A program made the position numbers and the translations under genes. Under the pieces are notes generated by a model. That model ran no database searches. It saw only the letters and a list, made by a program, of their open reading frames with translations, and had not been told where the DNA came from. Of a stretch of DNA of 28,076 nucleotides, positions 8,805 through 17,821 are shown one piece after another; positions within the stretch are counted from its first letter, which is position 1, and every line of letters starts with the position of its first letter. This stretch comes from Planctomycetota bacterium (GTDB lineage: Bacteria; Planctomycetota; UBA11346). Location of the stretch: the NCBI GenBank assembly GCA_038213805.1, contig JBBQSO010000069.1, positions 1 to 28,076 of the forward strand, given 5' to 3'.

Positions 8805-9921
8805 TCCAGTCGTTCCGTTTCCGCTGGGCGCACCCGCCCGCGCGCGCATGGAGCGCGTCGTGTTTGTCGACGTGGCGCGCAGCGTGGCCATCTTCGGCGC
8901 GCTGACACTGCACTGCCTGTTGGTCTTCAAGGTTTGGGACCAGCTGGCGCCCGGGGCCCTCAAAGCGGTCGGCAATGGTCTGTTCCGCGCCTGCACGCCG
9001 ACATTCTTCCTGCTCTTCGGAGTGATCCTCGAGTGGGTGTATGTGGACCAGGTCGGACGGGACGGGGGCGCTGCGGTCGCTCGCCGACTGGGGCGCCGCG
9101 CCGTGCAGTGCTACCTCGGGCTGGCGCTCGGTGCGTGCGCCGCGGCCATCGGCGGGGGACTGACCTGGGCAGGACTGCCTTCCGCACTGGTCGGGCTCAG
9201 CGATGTGCCTCTCTCGTCGGTGCTGCGCTTCTACACATTCGCCCTGATCATCAGCATCCCGGTGGTCATTCTGCGTCCGCGTCTGGGCCCCGCGTTGCCA
9301 CTGGCATTGATCGCCGTCATTTGGCTTGCTTCCCCACTGCTGGACCTGCTGAGCTGGCCTCAGCCGGGCTCGACGTGGGCTTTCCCGTGCGCTTTCCTAT
9401 TCGGTCATCCGCCGCTCTGGGTCGGTGGTTCGCTCTGGCACGACATGAGCTTGGTCTTTGTTGGTATGGTCCTCGGCAACCGCATGAGAGCACGAATGGA
9501 GCTTGGCCTCGCGCCCTTTGGCGGCGGCGCGGTGCTGGCGCTGACCGGACTGTGCCTGGCCGTGGTTGCGGCCTCTGCCGCAACGCTCGGGGTTCACGGA
9601 CTGGCTGAAGGCTACCTCGGCACCGCCATGACCCTTCGCTTCCAATGCCACCCGGCCTACTTCGCGCTCTCGACGCTCACAGCGCTGGGGCTGCTGGGCA
9701 TCCTCCAGCGGCTGTTCCCGGCCGTGCCTTCCGCACCGCCGCGCTGGCCGCTCATGGCACTCGGCCGGCATTCGCTGTTCGCCTTCGCAGTGGGCAATGC
9801 GGGACTCAGCCTGCTTGCCTGGACGCATATGGCCTGGTGGATGGGACTACCCGCCACCATCGCTTATATGGGTACGATGTGCCTGCTGGTACGCTCCTTC
9901 GACCGGCGCCAAGGGCGATGA
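8794..9921 (+). CDS. OpgC-like / acyltransferase-3-like polytopic membrane acyltransferase
   Basis: N-terminal R...VDVARSVAI......H, F..LFG, RR..Q.Y, LRFY and C-terminal LGRHSL..F. Many transmembrane segments. Overlaps the upstream gene by 11 nt. An alternative start is at 8848. Confidence 0.65.
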   Translation: MARDPVVPFPLGAPARARMERVVFVDVARSVAIFGALTLHCLLVFKVWDQLAPGALKAVGNGLFRACTPTFFLLFGVILEWVYVDQVGRDGGAAVARRLGRRAVQCYLGLALGACAAAIGGGLTWAGLPSALVGLSDVPLSSVLRFYTFALIISIPVVILRPRLGPALPLALIAVIWLASPLLDLLSWPQPGSTWAFPCAFLFGHPPLWVGGSLWHDMSLVFVGMVLGNRMRARMELGLAPFGGGAVLALTGLCLAVVAASAATLGVHGLAEGYLGTAMTLRFQCHPAYFALSTLTALGLLGILQRLFPAVPSAPPRWPLMALGRHSLFAFAVGNAGLSLLAWTHMAWWMGLPATIAYMGTMCLLVRSFDRRQGR

Positions 9922-11192
9922 CCATGCCGCAATCCCTCGCCACCCGGTCGCTGTCCCCCCCGTATGCGGCGCCTTCGAACGTTCTCGCCGGGATGCTGGC
10001 CTTCTTCGCGGGCTGCCCGGTCCTGCTCAATCTGCTCGGCACCTATGTCGCCGATGGCGAATCCTTCGCCATCACCGCCGGCGGCACGCTCCTCATCCTG
10101 GCCGCCTCGGGACTGGCTACCCTCCGCCTCGGCGCACCGCAGCGCGATTTCTTGTCGATGCAGGGGCTGGTGCTGGCGCTGGCCATCGTGACCGCGCTCT
10201 TCTGGGGCGATTGGCTGGCCTTGACCGTGCTCAGCCCGTCTCCGCAGGAGAAGATGGGCAACCTCGCGATCCAGAGCGTCCTGTGGTATTCGCTGCCCAT
10301 CACCATGATCATCCTGTGGCGACGCTGGATCGACCTGGAGCAGGTCGTGCGCTACATGCTGGTGTTGGCTTCGATCTACGTCATCGGTCTGACCCTACGC
10401 TACATGCTCGGCCTCGGCCATTACCACAGCGGTCGCTGGCACGCGGGCGATTCCCTCGAATCGATCCGCAGCGGTCACTACGCCGCGCTGGCATTGTGGA
10501 TCTTCATCATCGGCTGCTGCTCGCCCGCCGGCGCGATGCCGCGCAAGCTCAAGCTGCTCGCCCTCGGCAGCATGCCACTGGCCATCTTCATGGTCATTGC
10601 CACCAATTCCCGCGGCCCGACCCTGGCGCTGGCGCTGATCTTCCTGGTCAATGCCCTTCCGCTCGCACGCCTCCTCGCCGGGGTCTTCTCCCGGGACGCC
10701 AGGCTGCTGCTGGTGCTGATCGTGGCGGTCGCGGCCAGTGGGATCTTCGTCGCCTCGCAGATCGGCTCGGTCGAAAGCGATTTCGGACGGCTCGTCACCC
10801 TTACCAACGACGGCGGGAGCGCGCAGGAGCGTTTCGGGTTCTGGCACGATTATGTGCAGCTGCTCAGCGGCGCGCCCCATGCGATGCTCACCGGGCTGGG
10901 CTACGGTCACGGCCTCTTCTATCCGCACAACGTCCCGCTCGAGACGGTGACCGCCGGCGGCATCCCCTTGCTCCTCCTGCTGATCGCCATGATCGCGATC
11001 GGCTTCCGGGCGTCGATGGCCCCCTGCATGCGCGGTGATCCCATCGCCCTGCTCTTCGCCGGCTTCTTCGTCTTCAACATCATCGGCGCCCAGGTAGCGG
11101 GCTCGATCGCCACCGATGCGACCTGGTACGGGGCGCTGCTGCTGGTCCTGCGCCACGAAGAGCGGATCAGCGGCCGGACGGCCGGAACCTGA
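9918..11192 (+). CDS. O-antigen ligase / Wzy polymerase family membrane protein
   Basis: ATGA overlap with the upstream stop. T.SRG motif (ATNSRGPTLAL), R...W in the large loop, GLGYG and the YPHN..LE motif. Confidence 0.8.
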   Translation: MTMPQSLATRSLSPPYAAPSNVLAGMLAFFAGCPVLLNLLGTYVADGESFAITAGGTLLILAASGLATLRLGAPQRDFLSMQGLVLALAIVTALFWGDWLALTVLSPSPQEKMGNLAIQSVLWYSLPITMIILWRRWIDLEQVVRYMLVLASIYVIGLTLRYMLGLGHYHSGRWHAGDSLESIRSGHYAALALWIFIIGCCSPAGAMPRKLKLLALGSMPLAIFMVIATNSRGPTLALALIFLVNALPLARLLAGVFSRDARLLLVLIVAVAASGIFVASQIGSVESDFGRLVTLTNDGGSAQERFGFWHDYVQLLSGAPHAMLTGLGYGHGLFYPHNVPLETVTAGGIPLLLLLIAMIAIGFRASMAPCMRGDPIALLFAGFFVFNIIGAQVAGSIATDATWYGALLLVLRHEERISGRTAGT

Positions 11193-11200
11193 GACTGCCC

Positions 11201-12391
11201 ATGGCGCGCATCGCCCTCGTCACCCATTTCTTCGCCCACTACCGACGCACGGTCTTCGAGCTGCTTCTCGCCCATCCGCGACATCGGGTGACCCTGGTCG
11301 GGGATCCGGACAGCGCCGGCCACGACCCGTCCATCGCGAGTTGGCTGCCGGAGGACCGCGCGCGCATGGTCGCGACCTCCTTCGTGCGGCTGCCTGGCGG
11401 CCTGCTCTGGCAGCGCGGTGTGGTCGGCCTCGCCCTGGGCCGCCGCTATGACGGGCTGATCTTCATCGCCGACATGAAGTGGGTCAGCACGTGGGTCGCC
11501 GCATTCCTGGCACGTGCCATGGGCAAGCAGGTCTATTACTGGGCGCACGGCTGGCGCCAGCGCGACCGCGGGCTCAAGGGGAAGGTGCGCTGCTGCTATT
11601 TCCGACTTGCCCACCGCCTGCTGCTCTACGGCCGCCGCAGTCGCGCCATCGCCATCGAGAACGGCTTCGACCCGCGCCGCGTCCAGGTCATCTACAACTG
11701 CCTGGACTATCCGGCGCAGCGCGCGGCACGGATGCGCATCGGCCCGGACGAGCGTCGTGCCCTGCGCGGCCGCCTGTTCGGCGATGCCGAAGCGCCGGTG
11801 GTGGCGTGCCCGACGCGTCTGGTGCCGCAGCGCCGCCTCGACCTGCTGTTTGAGGCTGTGGCGCGCCTGCGCACGAGCCACCAGCGCCACATCAATGTGC
11901 TGCTGGTCGGCGATGGTCCCGTACGAGCCGCGCTCGAGGCCCTGGCCACGCGTCTGCAGATCCCCGTGCACTTCGCCGGCGCCTGCTATGACGAGGAGCG
12001 CATGGCCGGCTACCTGACCGCCGCCACCTGCACGGTCGCGCCCGGCATGGTCGGACTGACCGCCATGCACAGCCTGGCTTTCGGCGTGCCGGTGCTGACG
12101 CACGGCGATCCCGACCGGCAGATGCCCGAGTCGGAGGCCGTGGTCCCAGGTGTCACCGGCGACCACTTCCGCACCGACGACGTCGCTGACCTGGCCACGG
12201 TGATCGAACGCTGGACGCGGACGCCATACCCCGCCCCGGCGGTCTCGGCCGCCTGCATCCGGGTCATCGAGCGCTTCTACAATCCCGACACTCAGCTCGC
12301 GCTGATCGTCGAGGCGCTCGATGGCGAGCCGGCGCGTGCGATTTCCAGCCACAGCATCCAGGCGGACGAGCTGGAGGACGGATTGCGCTGA
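11201..12391 (+). CDS. Glycosyltransferase, GT4 family
   Basis: HYR..VFE, W.HG, V.YN.LD, RL...RRLDLL, VGDGP and PG.VGLTAMHSLAFGVPVLTH. Confidence 0.88.
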   Translation: MARIALVTHFFAHYRRTVFELLLAHPRHRVTLVGDPDSAGHDPSIASWLPEDRARMVATSFVRLPGGLLWQRGVVGLALGRRYDGLIFIADMKWVSTWVAAFLARAMGKQVYYWAHGWRQRDRGLKGKVRCCYFRLAHRLLLYGRRSRAIAIENGFDPRRVQVIYNCLDYPAQRAARMRIGPDERRALRGRLFGDAEAPVVACPTRLVPQRRLDLLFEAVARLRTSHQRHINVLLVGDGPVRAALEALATRLQIPVHFAGACYDEERMAGYLTAATCTVAPGMVGLTAMHSLAFGVPVLTHGDPDRQMPESEAVVPGVTGDHFRTDDVADLATVIERWTRTPYPAPAVSAACIRVIERFYNPDTQLALIVEALDGEPARAISSHSIQADELEDGLR

Positions 12392-12636
12392 CGCGCTGCG
12401 CTCCATTGGGGTTGGACCGCGTATCCGCCGGTGGAACCAAGCATGCGCTGTGGAGCGCCACTTGTGCAGCCTTCAGCAGCGCGCCGGGCAGGTGTGCCCC
12501 GAGCAGCGAGACGCGTGCAAATTGCAGTATGGGGCGGCGCACTCAGGCCCGCCTGGCAGTCTTCGGAATGCTGCAGGTCCGGACGTATTGCTTTCACAAC
12601 TTACGGTCTATCTTCACAATCCGTCTGAAAGCACTC

Positions 12637-13233
12637 ATGGACCATCCACCACCCCGCATCCAGCTCGATCGCTACGACCAGTCCTGGTACAACCGGGGAC
12701 GGTCGGTGGTGGTCGTCATGCTCTGGGAATTGGTGCAGATGGTGTTTATCCATGGCAGCCTGCATCCGATGTACGGCTGGCGGCGCTTCTGGTACCGGCT
12801 GTTCGGGGCGCGCATCGGGGCCCGCGTGCTCATCCGCCGCACGGTGTGCTGCAATTATCCGTGGAACGTAACCATCGGCGACCACAGCTGGATCGGGGAT
12901 GGCGCGACCCTGTATGCTTTGGAGACCATCACCATCGGCAGCCACGTGGTGGTCAGCCAGCAGTCCTATCTGTGTTCCGGCACGCACGACCATCGCGATC
13001 CCAGCTTCGGCCTGGTGGTCAAGCCCATCCACGTCGAGCATGGTGCCTGGATCGCGCTTGGCGCGCTGATCATGCCAGGGGTGCGCATCGGCGAAGGGGC
13101 GGTGATCGCCGCGCGCGCCGTGCAGACGCGCGATGCGACGCCGTGGACGCTTTATCGCGGCGCTCCTGCGATCGCCGTCGGCCCGCGCGAACTGCGCAGC
13201 GCGGACACCCCGGTGCCCGCACCGGCGGGCTGA
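12637..13233 (+). CDS. wcaF: WcaF-like hexapeptide-repeat O-acetyltransferase
   Basis: WRRFWYRLFGARIG, YPWNVTIGDHSWIG, ITIG..VVVSQ..YLCSGTHD, W..YRG.PA. ATG at 12637 chosen because the upstream extension covers an AT-richer intergenic region. Confidence 0.88.
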   Translation: MDHPPPRIQLDRYDQSWYNRGRSVVVVMLWELVQMVFIHGSLHPMYGWRRFWYRLFGARIGARVLIRRTVCCNYPWNVTIGDHSWIGDGATLYALETITIGSHVVVSQQSYLCSGTHDHRDPSFGLVVKPIHVEHGAWIALGALIMPGVRIGEGAVIAARAVQTRDATPWTLYRGAPAIAVGPRELRSADTPVPAPAG

Positions 13234-13360
13234 CGTCGGCGGTCAGTGAGCAGGGGTGGCCAGGAGCGCAGCGAGCGCGTGGGACGCAGAGCTCACAAGC
13301 CGCGCCTCGCCAGCGGTCGCGCTTTCCCCCCACTCGCCTTGTGCCTAGCCCCACGTCGCT

Positions 13361-14755
13361 TCACCCGCAGACCGCATCCATGCTGTCGGCGAGGATCCCC
13401 AGCAGTTCGTCGATCTCCGCCGCCGTGGCCAGCAGCGGCGGCAGCAGATACATGGTGTCGCCCAGCGGGCGCAGCAGGGCGCCGCGCGCCAGCGCTTGGC
13501 GGTACACGGCGTGGCCGGTGCGCGCGCGCGTTGGCAGCGGACTGCCATCGGGGTGGCGCAGGTCGACCGCGGCGACCATGCCTACACCGCGCGCTGCGGA
13601 CAGCCACGGCCGGGTGCGCGCGAGCTTGGCCAAGCCGAGGCGCAGCCGGGGACCGTGCTGTGCGACCTGGCCAAGCACGTCGTCTTCGGCGAACACCGCG
13701 AGCGCCGCGTCCGCCACCGCCACCGCCAGCGCATTGCCGGCATAGGTGTTGGAATGCAGGAAGGCGCGGCCTTCATGCCATTCGGCGTCGAAAAGCGCGG
13801 CAACTGCGTCGCTGGTCAGCACCACCGCCAGCGGCAGGAAGCCGCCGGTCAGGCCCTTGGACAGCACCGCGAAGTCGGGCAGGGCCGCCGGGGCGAGGTG
13901 CGAAGCGAGCATCGCGCCGCAGCGCCCCATGCCCGCGGCGATCTCGTCGGCGATCAGGTAGACGCCGTGGGCATCCGCCCAGCCGCGCAGGCGGCGCAGC
14001 AGGTCCGGGGAATGGATGCGCATGCCGCCGGCGCCCTGCAGCACCGGCTCGTAGATGATGGCGGCCAGGCGCGGCGCGAGCGTGGCGAGCTGCGCCTCGA
14101 GCGCCGGCCACTCTGCCGCGGCGTCGAGCCAGCGCGGGTCCTCGGGACCGCGACGCAGCGGCAGCGGACCGAGCATGGCGCAGGGAAACAGCAGTGGCGT
14201 GAAGGTGTCCTTGTAGAGTCCGCAGTCGCCGACGCTGAGCGCGCCCACGGTCTCGCCGTGGTAGCCGCCGGACAGCGCCGCGAAGGCGGTGCGCTGCGGC
14301 TGCCCGCGCTGCGCCTGGGCCTGGAAGGCAAGCTTGAGCGCGACCTCGACCGCGGTCGAGCCGTTGTCGGCGAAGAAGACCTTGCCGAAATGCCCAGGTA
14401 GGCGCCCGGGCGGCGCGGTCGCACCCCAGGCACCTGGCGGGTGGCCGTTGGCCATGGCGAGCAGGCGTTCGCACAAGCCCACCACCGCGGCGTTGGTGGT
14501 GCCGGCGAGGATGACGTGCTCGAAGCGCTCGGCCTGGTCGTGCAGCGCCTGGCGCAGACGCGGGTGACCGTGGCCGAGCGCCTTGCACCACCACGACGAG
14601 ATGCCGTCGAGAATGCGTCGACCGTCCGCCAGGTGCAGTCGGCAGCCGGCGGCCCCGACCACCTCGATGGGCGGGTAGGCGCGGTAGTCGCGCATCTGGC
14701 TGCACGGATGCCACAGTGCGGCGAGATCGCGGTCGATCAGGGATTCCTCGGCCAT
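13361..14755 (-). CDS. bioA: Adenosylmethionine-8-amino-7-oxononanoate transaminase (class III PLP aminotransferase)
   Basis: LWHPCSQM, DGISSWW, DNGSTAVEVALK, YHGET, EP..QGAGGM, IADEIA.G.GR.G, LSKGLTGG (PLP lysine), HSNTY.GN and LLRPLG..Y..PP. Confidence 0.9.
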   Translation of the reverse strand: MAEESLIDRDLAALWHPCSQMRDYRAYPPIEVVGAAGCRLHLADGRRILDGISSWWCKALGHGHPRLRQALHDQAERFEHVILAGTTNAAVVGLCERLLAMANGHPPGAWGATAPPGRLPGHFGKVFFADNGSTAVEVALKLAFQAQAQRGQPQRTAFAALSGGYHGETVGALSVGDCGLYKDTFTPLLFPCAMLGPLPLRRGPEDPRWLDAAAEWPALEAQLATLAPRLAAIIYEPVLQGAGGMRIHSPDLLRRLRGWADAHGVYLIADEIAAGMGRCGAMLASHLAPAALPDFAVLSKGLTGGFLPLAVVLTSDAVAALFDAEWHEGRAFLHSNTYAGNALAVAVADAALAVFAEDDVLGQVAQHGPRLRLGLAKLARTRPWLSAARGVGMVAAVDLRHPDGSPLPTRARTGHAVYRQALARGALLRPLGDTMYLLPPLLATAAEIDELLGILADSMDAVCG

Positions 14756-14767
14756 GTCCGCGAGGCT

Positions 14768-14803
14768 AGCGCCGGACCGGCAAATGGCGACCGGGTCGGC
14801 GCT
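14768..14803 (-). terminator. Imperfect GC-rich stem-loop directly after the fliS stop, without U-tract
   Basis: AGCGCCGGACCGG ... CCGGGTCGGCGCT: 11 of 13 positions complementary, 10-nt loop. It fills most of the 48-bp fliS-bioA gap. Confidence 0.35.
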
Positions 14804-15238
14804 TCAGGTGCGCAGGTTGAACGCATGCCCGGTGCCGAGCGAGATCAGGCTGGTGCCGGCGTGCTCGTCGGGGATGCGCTCCCAGCCCTCGCGCAGGGTG
14901 GCGACGATCGGGCGGATCTCGGCGATCAGGGCCGGCGCCTTGCGCAGGTTGCCCTCGATGATGTGCCCGATCAGGAACAGGTAGAGTTCCTTCAGCTGCA
15001 GCGCGATCTCGCCGCCCTTTTCAAAGTTGAGCGTCGAAAGCATCTCGGCGAAGATCGCCTTGGCGCGCTGGCAATTGTTGTGCGCGGCCTCCATCTGGCG
15101 CTGTTCCATGGCGAGCTGGGCGGCGGCGAGGAAGCGCTCCGCGCCCACGAACAGCCTGACCAGCAGGTCGCGCTGCGAGATGGTCTGCAACTCCGCGGTG
15201 CGGTAGGCGGTGCGATGCTGGGCGGTGGCGGCGTTCAT
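14804..15238 (-). CDS. fliS: Flagellar export chaperone FliS
   Basis: AYR...LQT.S...L.V.LF.GA, AH....RA.AI..E...TLNFEKGGEIA..L..LY, LREGW. AAGGA RBS 5 nt before the ATG at 15238. An alternative ATG is at 15265. Confidence 0.93.
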   Translation of the reverse strand: MNAATAQHRTAYRTAELQTISQRDLLVRLFVGAERFLAAAQLAMEQRQMEAAHNNCQRAKAIFAEMLSTLNFEKGGEIALQLKELYLFLIGHIIEGNLRKAPALIAEIRPIVATLREGWERIPDEHAGTSLISLGTGHAFNLRT

Positions 15239-15280
15239 GGGCGTCCTTGGCGTTTCCGGTTCCATCTGCTGATGCCCTCA

Positions 15281-15307
15281 TCATCGGCCGAGGCGGTGCG
15301 GACTTGA
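15281..15307 (-). promoter_or_regulatory. Sigma28 (FliA)-type promoter for fliS
   Basis: Minus strand reads TCAAG-N14-GCCGATGA in the fliD-fliS gap, matching the TCAAG/TAAA-N14/15-GCCGATAA consensus. Confidence 0.75.
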
Positions 15308-15320
15308 GGCCGGCGACCGC

Positions 15321-17330
15321 TCAGTTGCCGCTGTTCCCCGAGAAGCCCTTGATCTGCTGTGCCAGGAAGGTGCCCTGGGATTTGGTCGTGGCGATGAGCT
15401 GCTCCATGGCCGCGAACTGGCTCGTCAGGCGCTGCCGGCGGATCGCCAGGGCGGCGTCGTTCTTGCTGATGCGCCCGGTGATGTCGGTGATCTGGCTGGT
15501 GAGGCTGTCGAGGTCCTGGCCGATCACCCCCGAGTGGCCGTCGGTGAGCTGCTGGATGGCGTCGCTGGCCTTCTGGGCCATGCCGCGGCTGACCGTCACC
15601 GAGACGTTGCTGACCGGCGCACCCGCGCCCACGAACAGGCGCAGGCCCTCGAGGGAGCTGCCCACCGCCGCGCTCAGCGCCTGGCCCTGGCCAGTGGCGG
15701 CGAGGCCGTCGATGGTCCCGGCGACGTCGTCGCCGCGCACCGCGCCCGAAAACAGCTGCAGCACCGGTAGCGAGGTCGACAACGGATCGATATCGATGGT
15801 CTGGGCGAAACCGAACTGCTTCGAACGCAGGTCGAGCGAGTTGTCGGCGTTGGCGCCGACGGTGACCTGATCGCCGGAATTCCCGGCCGCCACCGCCGCG
15901 GCATTGATCACGCTGGCGAGGTGGCTGGCGAGCTGGGCCGGCGTATAGGTGCCCGCGGTCAGGCTCAGCGCGTAGGCGTGGCCGTTGATGGTGATGTTCA
16001 GCCCGTTGGTGGAGCCCGTCACGGTGGCCGGGTCGCTCAGCGCGCTCGAGCCGACCACCGCCTGGGCCGCGGCGGTGGTGATGTTCACCGTCAGCGCTCC
16101 GGTGATCCTGGTCTTGCTGCCGAGCGTCGAGAAGGCCACACCGGCGTTGCTGCTGGTGCCCGAGTTGGCGAAGAGCTTGCCGACCGCGTCAGGGCTGGAG
16201 GTGAGCGCCGCGGTGAGCGTGGAATCGCTGACGCTCAAATGGCCGGTCTGGGGGTCGATGGCGATACCGATCGATTGCAGGCTGCCGAAACCGGCGACCG
16301 CCCCGGTGACCGGACCGGTGAGGGCCGCGGTGAGGTCGTTGAAGCGCTGCAGCACATCGTTGTCGGTGAAGAGGATCCCCGACTTCTTGGTGGCCGAGTC
16401 GTAGGTAGCGTTGTCGCTGAGGTACTGCTTGGCGGTATTGTAGCTGGTCACGAAGGCGGTGACCGCGGTCTTGGCGGCGCTGACGTCGTTGCCGACCGTC
16501 AGGACCACATTGCTGGCCGGCTGGGTGGCGGTGAAGGTCACCCCCGGCACCACGCTGCTGAAGGTGTTGCTGCTCTGGGTGATGGTGATGGCACCCGCAC
16601 CGCTGCCGATCTGCACCTGGGCATCGGCGGGCGCCGCGACCGTGGTGGTGGTGGCGAACAGGCTGGTCAGTGCACCCGTCCCGGAAACCGTGATGGCGCT
16701 GGCCAGGCCGGTGGACGTGCTGGTCAGGACCAGGCGGTTGGGACTGGCGGAGCCATCGTTGAGCACCGAGGCCGTCACACCCAGGTTGGCCGCGTTGATG
16801 GCGGTGGCGATGCCCGCGAGGCTGCTATTGGCCTGGTCGATGGTGACCGTGCTGGTCGCGCCACTGCCGACCTGCAGGCTGACCGTGCCCGCGCCGAGCA
16901 GCGAGTTCGTCGACGCCTGCCCCGCGGTCGCCAGCTGGTTGGCCGTGGCCACGCCGATGATGTTGACCTGGTAGGTGCCGGGCTGCGCCGAGCTGAGGGC
17001 GGTAGCGCTCACCGCGGCGCTCGACGAGCTCACCACGCGGTTCTGGAAGGTGCTCGCGTGATTGAGGCTGCCGAAGTCGAGTTGGGCACTGAGGAGTTTG
17101 AGGTTGAGACTGCGCAAGGCATCGACGTGGGCCTGGGCGATGGCCCCCTTGCGCTCGAGCTGGGTGGTCGGCACGCGTGCGGCGCCGATCAACGAGTCGA
17201 TGATCGCCGCCGAATCGATGCCTGAGACCAGGCCCGATACCTGGGTCAGGGCGTTGCCGCCGCCGGCGGAGGTGCCCGAACCGGCGCCATTGGCCGTGGG
17301 CGTTCCCGAAGTCGCTGAGCTGACAGGCAT
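15321..17330 (-). CDS. fliD: Flagellar filament cap protein FliD (HAP2)
   Basis: SGLVSGIDS..IID.LI, G.Y.V....VA.A, A.ND G...NRLVLTS..TG, A.DA, FV.SYN, L.SIGI, C-terminal RL..QF.AME. GAAGGAG RBS. Confidence 0.95.
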   Translation of the reverse strand: MPVSSATSGTPTANGAGSGTSAGGGNALTQVSGLVSGIDSAAIIDSLIGAARVPTTQLERKGAIAQAHVDALRSLNLKLLSAQLDFGSLNHASTFQNRVVSSSSAAVSATALSSAQPGTYQVNIIGVATANQLATAGQASTNSLLGAGTVSLQVGSGATSTVTIDQANSSLAGIATAINAANLGVTASVLNDGSASPNRLVLTSTSTGLASAITVSGTGALTSLFATTTTVAAPADAQVQIGSGAGAITITQSSNTFSSVVPGVTFTATQPASNVVLTVGNDVSAAKTAVTAFVTSYNTAKQYLSDNATYDSATKKSGILFTDNDVLQRFNDLTAALTGPVTGAVAGFGSLQSIGIAIDPQTGHLSVSDSTLTAALTSSPDAVGKLFANSGTSSNAGVAFSTLGSKTRITGALTVNITTAAAQAVVGSSALSDPATVTGSTNGLNITINGHAYALSLTAGTYTPAQLASHLASVINAAAVAAGNSGDQVTVGANADNSLDLRSKQFGFAQTIDIDPLSTSLPVLQLFSGAVRGDDVAGTIDGLAATGQGQALSAAVGSSLEGLRLFVGAGAPVSNVSVTVSRGMAQKASDAIQQLTDGHSGVIGQDLDSLTSQITDITGRISKNDAALAIRRQRLTSQFAAMEQLIATTKSQGTFLAQQIKGFSGNSGN

Positions 17331-17397
17331 GAATGCTCCTTCGGCCGGGCCTCACCGAGGTCGAGGCAGCCGTCGCCACGCACGTGGCGCGCCAACC

Positions 17398-17760
17398 TCA
17401 GGCGTTGTGGTTGAAGATCACACCGACCAGGCTGTCGATGCGGTCCTGGAGATCGAGCACCTCTTGAGAGGGGATCTGGCGGACCAGCTTGCCGGTGCGC
17501 GTGTCGGTGACCTTCACCACCAGCTCTTTGCTGGTGTCGTCGAAGGTGAAGGACAGCTGGCGACCGCTGGCGGCCTCGACCACCTGCTTGAGCTGGGCGG
17601 CCGCGGCGCGGATGTCGTCGCTGCGGGCGGTCTTCTCAGCGGGCTGGGCGAGGTCGGTGCGGCGCGCCTGCTGGACCTGGAGCTGCTGATCCTGGGATGC
17701 CTGATACGGTCTGACCGTATCGCCCACCTGCGTGGCGAGGGAAGCGTCGATACGGGTCAT
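17398..17760 (-). CDS. flaG: Flagellar protein FlaG
   Basis: L.F.FD......VVKV.D..TG..VRQIPS.EVL signature. Upstream of fliD, with an AGGA RBS. Confidence 0.92.
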   Translation of the reverse strand: MTRIDASLATQVGDTVRPYQASQDQQLQVQQARRTDLAQPAEKTARSDDIRAAAAQLKQVVEAASGRQLSFTFDDTSKELVVKVTDTRTGKLVRQIPSQEVLDLQDRIDSLVGVIFNHNA

Positions 17761-17821
17761 GGCTGATCCTTAGGATGACCGGCGCCCGGGAATACGGGAC
17801 GGAGCGGCCCTATGCCTAGGA

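Noticed and set aside
9645..9917. N-terminal extension of the ligase/Wzy ORF
   Set aside because: It overlaps the OpgC-like gene in another frame. The ATGA junction at 9918 is the natural start.
12406..12636. N-terminal extension of wcaF
   Set aside because: It covers an AT-richer promoter-like gap. WcaF similarity begins after ATG 12637.
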